Under the pieces are notes generated by a model, which made no database searches, had not been told where the DNA came from, and saw only the letters and a program-made list of their open reading frames with translations. A stretch of 64,000 nucleotides of DNA, from contig NW_004797730.1 in assembly GCF_000002075.1 (NCBI RefSeq), positions 421,145-485,144 on the forward strand, read 5' to 3'. This document shows, piece by piece, positions 40,101 to 51,514 of the stretch; within the stretch, counting starts at the first letter, position 1; each line of letters begins with the position of its first letter. The translations under genes were made by a program, and so were the position numbers. The DNA is from Aplysia californica (Eukaryota).

Positions 40101-43100
40101 TGTTTATTTGTGCGGAAAAAAAATTGCTGCTCCTATAGAAAATGGTGCAGTTCTTTTTTAGGCAGAGATATTTTTATTTTGGTGTTTTCATGTGACGTCG
40201 GTGGCCTAGTGGTTAGACTCTCGGACTTGCAACCGTAAGGTCGTGGGTTCGAATCCCGTCAGGGCTTGGGAAAGGCACTTAACACGAATTTTCCTCACTT
40301 CACCCAGGTGGGAATGGGTACTCGGCTATAGACAGCGAAAGATCTTGTCATTTTGTTAGTGTTTGAGTGCTTAATCAGCTGCTTGCACTGTATGCTTCCC
40401 GGGAAGCTGAGAATGTTTCGGAGTTTTATATGGTCTGCTGGGGTAATAATATAGTGTAAAGCGCATAGAGCCTGCTGTTGAGCGGGGATATGCGCTATAC
40501 AAATGCTATTTATTATTATTATTATTCATGTAACCCTGTTTCGTTGTGTTTGCAGGTGCTCCGACGAGCGGTGCCGCGACTATAGTGACACCAGCTAGGT
40601 CATCTGCCCTGACAGTTAGGACATTCTCTGACCTGCCAGGTTGGCTGTTGCATTTGTTCGTCTTGGTTTGAGTTTGAAGTTTGAAGTTTCAGCATTGTTT
40701 GAAATTTGATTTCACTTCTGATGTAAATTAGTTTTGTCTTTTAGTTGTTTTCCTTTTTAAAAAATTGTCTTCTCTACTCTTGTGTGAGTACATTTTAGTT
40801 GAAAGATTTAAATTTTGAAAACAAAAGGGCCCTGAGACAGGAAACGTGGCCAACCCCACTGACGCTACAAGAGAAGCTATACAGGCCGCCAGTTGAACTG
40901 AGCAGGACGGCCCAATTTATGACCGATACCAGAATTCAAGTGTGATGCGATCGAGAAGAAGAAGAAGATGAAAACAAAAGCAAGTTGATTATTATTTTCA
41001 GTTGGGGTCTCTATTGTTTGATAAGTGTAGAAGCTTTGAAGAATGTTGCGAATCTGGGTTTTGAACTGTGTGATGAAATCATACTACTCTAGGAAGCTTG
41101 TCATACAACACTTACATCATTCATAAACTTGAACTTGCTGTTCACAACATTTTTACAATCGTCTCATTGTGCCATTTTGTCTGCCTACGAAGATTCAAGA
41201 TTCACAACGCCTAAAACTCCGATGAAGTCCCGCTTGTCTCGGAAAAAGACGAGCTTCCTGGAGGATGAAGAAGATGATGATGAAGACGATATGTTCAGCC
41301 GAGGTCCGGGTCTGTCCGAGAAATCCACGTCACTCATGTCCAAGTTCCAGGAGATCATGGACAAAGAGGCATCTGATGTTGTAAGTTTTTGTTTTGGGCT
41401 TGTTTGTTTTTTGTTTTGTTTTGTTTTTAGTTGTTGTTGGGTTTTTTTTAGAGGGGGGGGGGGGGGCTGCCTTCTTTATTATTTTGTTCTTACCATTCTA
41501 GTTTTTTTAACTTTTAGTAGATTTTTGGTAATGTAATTGTAAGGTCCAATTTTGTATCTATTCCTATGATAGTTCTGTCTATTGTCTTATTTTCCCCCAG
41601 CTCGAATTGACATTGTTATAATTGATGTATTTCTTGTTTTACTGGGAAATATGTGACTGTCAGTTAGGTTTGGTATGTGTTTTCTAGTGGTTTTAGGTTT
41701 TGGTCTTGGTATTTGGTTAATGGATGTGTTATTTTAATTTCACCTGGTGGGGATCTATAAAAACAACGAGGAATTTTAATTTTTCTTTGAATATTTGGAT
41801 ACGATTTTATGAGTTTCATATTGAAGGTACAGTTTGGGTTATGATATAATTTTCACATAATTTTTTGAATAGTTTGTGGCTGTTGAATCAAAAAACAAAC
41901 TATTCAGTTCCATTTCAGAAAAAAAAATGTTAATTATGTTCTTATTGTGTACAAATGTTTACCAGAAGCATCATTCAATAGAAAAAAACCAACACGTTAA
42001 CAAATTCCTTCCTGATTTCCAGCACAAAATTGACAAAGCTACAGAAACTGTACAGGTGCCTACAGTATCATATATATTCACATTTATCTTCCTGGCTTTA
42101 ACCTTGTCCTTCATTTTCTACCTATGCCTTATGATCTGACATTGTTTGAACAACTGGAAATTTTCATCAAGCTTATAGCTTATCGATTGTGGGCTATGTA
42201 TTTGAAGTGATGATTATTTTGTATGAAGAAGGACATGTTCTTTTTCTCCATCTATTGAGGACATATTTTATCCAGTGTACACAAAATTATTATCAGGTCA
42301 TTTCTTACCTGTAGACTATCACAAATAAGATAACTATGGTAAGTGAAAAGGAAAGACTGCAGAAATATTTTTTTTAGGAAGCATTATAGGTTGTGATTCA
42401 AAGAGTCTAACTTAGCTTTGCACTGGTAATGAAGCCATGCGTGTTGAGAATACTGGAACAAAAAGAATGTCATGAAGCTTTTGTGGGGGGAGGGGAGGGG
42501 AGGGGGGGGGGTAAAAATTTGCCCCATCTAACAGCTGTAGAAGCATGCCTAGCTATGTTATAAAAGTTTTTAATTCCCCACTCTCAAATTAAGTCTTCAA
42601 AAGTAATTTTCACAAAGTGTTTGCTTGCAGAGATACTTGATTATTTCAGATAAATATACTGAAAAGAACAATAGTATACAAAGGACTTATTAATTTGACA
42701 AACAAAAATGTACATGCTTTAAACAAACGGTTTTGATCTAACTGATCTGAAGCTTCTCTCTAACAAGGGTATTTGGTCGCATGTTTGTCATTTGTAATTT
42801 GCATAATATATCTGGTGTGTTCATTATTATTCTGTGTTTTATAAGAAATTAACAAAAATGTTGTGGATAAGGTTTTCAGCATCAGTAATTCAGTTCTCGT
42901 TGATAGATAAAGAGTGAACAAAAAAAAATACGTTAACACTTTAGCTCCTCAAAATGAATTTATCCATTTTCTGTCTGGGCTTGTCATCATGTACTCTCTC
43001 ATGGGACAGAGATTAACACCTTGTTATTCCTTCTGCTTGCCAGACACAAGAAAGAATTAAAGTTTTGGTCAGATGTATTATTGACTGTCCTTTGCACTAA

Positions 43101-46100
43101 CCCTAAGGTGATGGTGTTGCCTTATTAAAAATTCGCAAACAGAACATTATTGATTTAGGATCGTTTTTATTTTAATAGATCTTTTATCAAGAAAGATAGT
43201 TATCAGTGTTTTATGAATAATTTTTAAAAAACACGTGCTCATTGAGGAAAGATATAGAAAGATATCTATGGATCGATGTGCCTTTTTTGGAATGAAGGTA
43301 CCATACTGTAACGGTATTCGATAAGAAGTTTTCTGAAATGGGGAGATTAGGTTCAAATAAAAAGGAAATCAGAATTCTGTTGTCAATCCAGGTATATTGC
43401 TCATCATTCTGGTGTTCTGAAAGGGACAATGTTTTCTGTCTTTGAAATCAGCAAGTTTATGTTAACCCTATCCGTATGCCCTGGAGTCATTTTGTACTCT
43501 CAGGGTTTATTCTTCACATTTTAGAATACTTCTAGTTCGGAGATCTCTTTGAGACTTTCAGTATTTCTCTAACCATCATTTTGACAGGCTGCTATGCAAA
43601 GCATACGGATCGGATTAACGAGTAAATTTCCTCTTTGAAAGTGGTTGCACAGAGTTCCCCCATGTCGTATGGATACAATAGTAAAACACAACGTACGGAT
43701 AGGGTTAAGTGGTGGCACAGAGTTCCCCATGTCGTATGGATACAATTGTAAAACACAACGTACGGATAGGGTTAAGTAGGATGTTAATTTCTGCAGAGGA
43801 AAACAGATCAATGAATTTTGTGTGAACCATTTGAACTTTTTGGCTTTCTTTTCTGGATCTTGACTTTGGTATCTGAGACACTTTGTTAGAGCTGTCAAAG
43901 CCTATTATGTGTCACCATGAGAAGTAACACTTGCTTTTTTTTGTATATAATTATCAAGATTCAACTGTTGGAACTGACTTTCCTTGAGCGCACATTGAGT
44001 TACGCATAATATTATTTTCTTTGATATCCAGAATGAGAGGATTATTGGGGGATGTGGCTGAGGGTTGAAGAACTCTTCATGCTGTACATATTTCTTTTTG
44101 TTTTTTTGTTTGTTTGTTTGTTGTTGTTTTTTTGTTTATTTGTTAGAATAATTCATCTGTGTCATCTCTTGTCATTTTACTTTGCTTTTTTTTCTTTCAT
44201 TTTGGGAGTGAGAAATGTCTTTTGTTCTGTGCATTAGTTGTCGGATTCCTCTATAGAAGCTTATTTTTAGAGGTTTCGCAAATGCTGTTGTGGTATAGTT
44301 TGATGCTGATATTGTTTTCATCTTTTTGCTGAGATGCCTCGATTGGATTAGATTAGAATGCAGTTTCATCTGTCTGGTGAAAACACCCTTTTGCTGTAAA
44401 CTTATTGATCTCAATACAAAATTTAGAACATGTGAGCCATTGGCTTTTCTAAGACTGAACTTTTGGGCCTCCAAGATATTATTTTTTATGAGAGTGTGTT
44501 CAACTTTGTTCATCATTCTTGGGCTTTTATCCTTAATCTATAGTTATGCCTTATAATTTACTGCCAGCTTACAAAATTATGTGTCTATTTATGGAGTTTT
44601 ACAGCTACTTGGCAAAATAATTGCCATATTTTGGCTGCTCTTATTCGTTGGTTGTTTGTACCAAGATATAGTGTATTTTCCCTCTGACGTAAGGGAAATA
44701 ATTGGTTGTGTTTATATTCTCCACTTTGGGTTTTCTTTTTCCTTATCAAACCATAAAAGCATTCTTACTTTGGAGAGTGATAATATTCTGAAAACCTGGT
44801 CTTGCATGGGAAAGATATGTATTTTGATCTAAAGATACGTTTTACTATGATAATTCATTCCAAAGCGTACAAACAATGTAATGTATTCATTTTTTGTATA
44901 ATATTCTTATGTTTTTGCCACTGATCATAAAACTGAAATTGATAAGAAATTATCAAATAGGATATTGTATAATAAATATTTTTTGTCCCGTAGAAATAAG
45001 ACATAATAATAATAATAATAATAATATATAACATTTATATGGCGCATTTCCAAAATAGTAGCTCAATGCGCTTTACATTGGAATACATGATAAAACAGAC
45101 ATCTGTGTCATTCCACTGGAGCAGCAATAGGCCTACTGATGATTTTAAGATCTGCTTGGCCAAACTTTTTGGAACTTTCTATCTCTTAATCATTTCTGTC
45201 TGTAGTCTTTCTATCACTGTAGGCTGATTGGATACTGGAATAAGGATGCTCCTCTGTGAAGCTCCTACAAACCGAGCAGGCAGAGGCTGAAAATAAACTC
45301 ACATTCTTCATTTCATGACAGTATCTAGTGAAATTATTTTCTTTTAATTAAGACTTGGATGTTTTGACTTACAACTTGTCACCAAAAAGTGTATTGTAAA
45401 GTGTACTTGAATTTTTTTCCCCTTCCTCTTTTTTCCCCCCCACTTTGCTCTGATTTTTCATGTACGTTGTATAACAATAGATTTCTCTCTATGCATGTTC
45501 CAATAGGAGGACATTGAGGAGAAAGTTACCCCAACACCAACACCTTCGGAACCCATCAAGCGACCTGTGGCTTTACCTGCCAAACCAATTCAAAAACTGG
45601 TCAGCCGGCCCAAGCCCAAGGCTCGAACTCCGACTCCACCCCGCTCACCTACCCCTCCGCCACCTCCCACACCCTTGCCAAACTTCATCAAACAGTTTGT
45701 GGGCACTGAGTGGTTTGACAAGTATTTTCCTAACTGCAATGAGAATGTGAGTAGAGTTCAGAAGTAGCAAACCACACCAGAGCACCCGCCAACCACCCAC
45801 ACTGCTTCTTCTTTTCTATCAAACGTCTATCGTCTTTATCTCCCCTCCTTCTTTTTTGTGTTTGTTACTCTCTTGTAACACCTCTAATCTTGGGCACTTA
45901 TTGTGCTGCAAGTGCCGTAAAACACTTACTAAAACTAAGAGTTCAGACAGAAAATGTCATTTGGAGTATCTGTTGGTTGATATTGATAGGGACGATGAAG
46001 GCTCCAGTAAAAGAATGGCCACAATCATATTTTGCAATATTTTGAGTTATACCCCTTGTGAATTACCCTGTTTCTTTGTCTTTCTCCCCACTGAATCTTA

Positions 46101-49100
46101 TGCAATTAACCGTCACACCTACAGCTGCACTGAAAGGGAGTGTTGAGCTTTCTTTGAAAATCACCGTTTTCTTTTGAAAGACAGGATGTCCATCTGTAAT
46201 CTTAAGTTGGTTTTTTAATCAAAACAGATAAAGTTTGGCCACTAGTAGAAGATTGTATTTTTCTATGTTTGTCTTATCCTTTCTTTCTTTATTTTGTCTG
46301 TTATTTTGGTTTTGCATTTTCCTATTGCTAAATGACCTTTATTGTGCAATTGTACTTCTCTATCGCTTCTATCACTCCACCATTCATTTTGTCTTCCTTT
46401 AGCTTTGTACCACAGTACAGTGTTTAGCTTTTTCATTGTCCGACTCCGTTTTCTCTTTTCCTATTCTATATTTTGTTTCCTTACCTTTTCTCTGTAGACA
46501 ATGCCCAAACCTTGGACCAGCGACACTTTTGTCAACATGATCGTCAAGCTACTCCGCATTGCCGAGTGGCTGCATAAAGTGAGCGTCACCGATGCCATTT
46601 TGTTGGTGCACACAGAGGAGGGGCTCTCAGACTCGGTCGTCATTCAAGCCGTGAAGACTTTAGCCTCGGTGCTAAACCACCACAGCACACCACCCACATG
46701 CTCTGTGAAAGAGCAGAAAGATTTCATCATGTCCGCCCTCAGAGCCCTGGCAAGTTTTGCCGTCAAGGACAAAGATGTTATTGCGGAGATGATGGTTCAG
46801 TTCTTGGACGGGGATCGGGATATCAGGTTTGTAGAGGAGAACAAAGTGAAAATATTTGAGCCGGTCTGAGAAAACCAGAAATATGTCGCTAAACCTCGAA
46901 CCCAGATATCGGCAAAAAACAATTTTGTTGTCAGTTCTGGTTGATTTTGAGTTTTACGTACAAGGAGATTTCCCAACCATTTTAGAAAATAATTCAAGAG
47001 TTGTTTCTTGTAAAAACCACTTTAAAATATATTTTCTCTAGTTATTTTCCATTTGCATTCAGATATAAAAAGCAAAATTGGTGTAGGCCCTAACTTTGAG
47101 TGCATTTTTCTCATTTTACTTTTCCACATTTTGTTTCTTCACAATGCAATATCTCATCTTCTAGAAGAGGTAATAGAGAAGTTTTAAGGGCGTAATAATC
47201 AAGAAGATCCCAGCGTTCAGAAAAGCACAAAAAATCAAAATGGCCCAGAGGCGTATTCCTGATTTCCTCAGACCCACTCACTTATATTTGGTTATAGTAG
47301 AATGGTCAGCTCAACTCAACTGCCCATGTTTTCTGTGCCCTCAGCTCTTATGGGTATAGGTTCAATTGAGAATAGCTCCTGATGAAGATGATGACCAGTC
47401 TTTAGAACATCCAAGTTGTGTGTTGAGCTTTGTATTTCTTTTACATTATCGGAAGACCTTTTGTGTACTATGTAAGGTCAAGTAAGATATGATGAAAAAC
47501 ATATATTTTTATATATGTGAGGCAGCGTGGTGGAATCAGGCTCTCGTCAAAATAATCAAAGTGAAGAAACCTGCATTTTTCCGCAGGTTTGTGAATTTTG
47601 GTCAAATTTGTGTTTTTTGGCTCAACACCTTTCATGCCCATTAAAGAACTCATTTCTATGTGGATTTTTCATTAAAACGTTGATTAAAGGCACAAAAAAT
47701 GTAAATAATCAGTTACCACGGACTCTTAAACTAAGGAAATAACTAATCTTTGGCAGCCATTTTCTCACTAATTTTACCTCTGAAAACAGGTGACCCCACC
47801 TCCTTCCTTCGCAAATATCTCGACTTGCATTCAAGATAAATGGATACTTTTTTTCATCCCAATAAAGACAAGTGAAAGAGCTTTAAGATGATACCAATAA
47901 CTCTACATGCCCAAAAAAATTGACGAGAGCCTGATCCACCACGCTGCCTCACATATGTTTTTAATTTTCATCCTCTCCCTTTCTCTCCCCCCCCCCCCCC
48001 TGCACTGTATTCCGCCTGATAAATAGAGGATGTTTCAGAGTATTCTAGGGTCTGCTGGACTAATAAAAGTTGTAAGTTGTTAACACCGGGCATGCTGTAG
48101 AGCATGGATATGCATTATATTAATGCAATTATTGAAATTATTTTTATCGTTATCATTTTTANNNNNNNNNNNNNNNNNNNNNNNNNNNNNNNNNNNNNNN
48201 NNNNNNNNNNNNNNNNNNNNNNNNNNNNNNNNNNNNNNNNNNNNNNNNNNNNNNNNNNNNNNNNNNNNNNNNNNNNNNNNNNNNNNNNNNNNNNNNNNNN
48301 NNNNNNNNNNNNNNNNNNNNNNNNNNNNNNNNNNNNNNNNNNNNNNNNNNNNNNNNNNNNNNNNNNNNNNNNNNNNNNNNNNNNNNNNNNNNNNNNNNNN
48401 TTAGGGCTTCTGTTCTGGAGGTCATGACCAACCTGGGTCTGGCTGACCCCCACAGACAGTTCCAGAAAGAGTTAGACTCCTGGGACATCTGGAGCCTTGA
48501 TGAGAAAAACCACCGGGAAGAGTTGCACAAAATGTGTAACCAGTGGCTGGACAGGTGAGTGGTTAACCCTAGCCGTATGTCGTGTTTTACTATCGTATCC
48601 GTACGACGTGGGGAACTCTGTGCCACCACTTAACCCTATCCGTATGTCGTGTTTTACTATTGTATCCATACGACGTGGGGAACTCTGTGCCACCACTTAA
48701 CCCTATCCATACGTCGTGTTTTACTATCGTATCCATACGACATGGGGAACTCTGTGCCACCACTTAACCCTATCCGTACATCGTGTTTTACTATCGTATC
48801 CATACGACGTGGGGAACTCTGTGCCACCACTTAACCCTATCCGTATGTCGTGTTTTACTATCGTATCGATACGACGTGGGGAACTCTGTGCCACCACTTA
48901 ACCCTATCCGTACGTCGTGTTTTACTATCGTATCGATACGACATGGGGAACTCTGTGCCACCACTTAACCCTATCCGTACGTCGTGTTTTACTATCGTTT
49001 CCATACGACGTGGGGAACTCTGTGCCACCACTTTCCAAAGAGGAAATTTACTCGTTTTTCCGATCCGTACGCTTTGCATAGCAGTCTGTCTAAATGATTT

Positions 49101-50109
49101 TTTGAGAAATACGGAAAGTTTGAAAGAGATTTTCGCACTAGAAGTATTCTAAAATGTGAAGAATGCAACCCGTGGGTACAAAATGACCCCAGGGGGTACG
49201 TATAGGGTTAACATAGCACTTTGATTGTTTAGGACCCTTATCAAAGAAAGAAAGATATAAAAAAAGTTTTTTACCATCTAGCATAAGGCTTTTGTCAGAA
49301 TGAGCATAGATGTGTGTTACTCTTAGAGTATGTATCTGTATATAACTCCAAAGGTCTAGTATTTAAATTCCTGCATGTGGTTGAATGATGCATTTGATGT
49401 AAATGTACATTTTGTCAGCTTAACTTCTCCTTTCATATTGAATTTTAATGAGAGTAATATATATGATTAAAATTTGTTTAATGTATACCTGCATGTGTTT
49501 TTATGGTCCTGTACAGCCAAGGAAAATTTCCCTCTGGGATAATAAAGTACTATCTTATCTTATCTTATCTTATCTGATGTGGATTATGGAGAGAATGGTT
49601 TTGTCGGAGGACTAAGTTCTTTGACCCTGAGTGGACTATTACTGTATTCTGGAGAAGAGCATACGATTTATTAACTCTTTATCTTCGAATGGGTAAACCC
49701 TCTTTTGGTACGAACTGTTTAAGTGACATATGCGTCACGAAATTGGTAATTAAATCGAAACAAGTAAACTTATTTTGATAGTTCTTCATCTAAAAAATGA
49801 AGTCCCAGTATAAGAGGCGTCTTTTTGGTAATTGGCGAAAAGTAATTTGATGTTGAAGTCGACATAAAGGAATGTGCCCGAGCTCATGATTTCATGATGT
49901 GCCTTTCCAGTGTTTTTTTTTAATTTTGTTGCTGTAAAGTTAATACAAACAAATAAAAACTAATCAGTTTTATTGTAGATATATACGGTACATATTGGTG
50001 TTGTTTGTCTGTGGAAACTTTGAAACTTTTGTTTGTTTCTTATTTGGAAAAACTTCAGACATGATATAATGATATATCAAGATAAAATTTATCTTCAATT
50101 TATATATAT

Positions 50110-50142
<33 letters not shown>

Positions 50143-51365
50143 GTATGCCTCTTTTTTTGCGTCACATAAAAATGTTTAATGTATGAAGGCAGGGAAATAA
50201 AAAATTCTATCCTTTCTTTTTTTTTCACAGGTGGATGACATCGTACAAGTTGCGTATTAAGGATACGGTAGACAAGCTCAATATGGGTCACTCACTGCAC
50301 GGCCGGTTGTCTCACCGAGGATCTGTGTTGGGTGCTGGGAGCTCAAGAAGGGTAAGCGCATTTCCTACTGGCATCTTTTCTATCACCATTGAATTCTCAC
50401 TATGTTGATTATGTATGTGATGCATGACATCATTTGTGCCCACCATTTCTCTGCTGATTAGAAACACAGTAATCAGAGAAATGGTGGGCACAAATGATGT
50501 CATGCATCACTTCCAACACCAAAGAATCAAATGGTTCGGACATCTCATGTGATTACCAACACACCACCCAGTACAACGTGCCTACGTAAAAAAATTTGAT
50601 GGCAACAAGGCTAGAGGGCGACCGAGAAAGACCTGGATAGATGGAGTCAGGGAAACATTAACAACTCACGGCATCCCCCTGACCCAAGGTCTCCAGCTGG
50701 TGGCAGAGAGACGTCTCTTTCTTCCCCCGACACCCAAAAGGGTATAGGCAGCGGATAAAAGTAAAGTAAAGTTTATTATGTACCGGCGTCTGTAGTGTAG
50801 CAGTTAGGCTTTATGCTGTTGCACTCAGAAGAAGTGAGTTTGATTCGTATAGAAAGAAAGTATCTTTATCTGTCCACTGGGATATTGTATCCTTCTCAGC
50901 CTTGGTTGGCACTGACAGACAGAGTTGAAGCAGTCGGCATCCTAAACGATTTAAAATTGTGTCGGTGGAAGTGCAAAACATTTACAGTTACAATTTCTAG
51001 TAAAACCTGCCATGGTTAACACCTTAATAAATCAACCACCGCCTTTTGCGAGTGCACTGCTGGTTGCCACGTTTCTATTTCTGTTCCCTTTCATTTTGAC
51101 CTAGATTTGATGACAGCATCACAACATGACTGCCATAATAATTATTTTTCATCAAGCGTTAAGAAACATTTTGATGTGTTTGTCTTAGTGTGTTGATTTA
51201 TAAACACAAAGAGTATATCTTTTAATGCTCAGCGTAAAAGTATGTATGAATGGTGTGTGTAAATGTGTGTTTTTGTGTGTGTGTGTTGTGTGTGTGGGTG
51301 TGAGAGTATGTGTATGTTTGTGAGAGTGTGTATGGGTGTGTGTTGTGTGTGTGTGTATGTGTGTG

Positions 51366-51406
<41 letters not shown>

Positions 51407-51467
51407 GGATGCATGTGTATGTTTGTGAGAGTGTGTATGGGTGTATGCGTGAGTGTGTGTGTGTGTG

Positions 51468-51514
<47 letters not shown>

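Noticed and set aside
47375-47428. Second hammerhead-like motif gctc-CTGATGA...gagc
   Set aside because: The GAAA core is absent and stem III cannot form.
48563-49030. CRISPR-like regular array
   Set aside because: Units are contiguous near-identical 67-mers with no unique spacers and derive from a MITE end; the context is eukaryotic.
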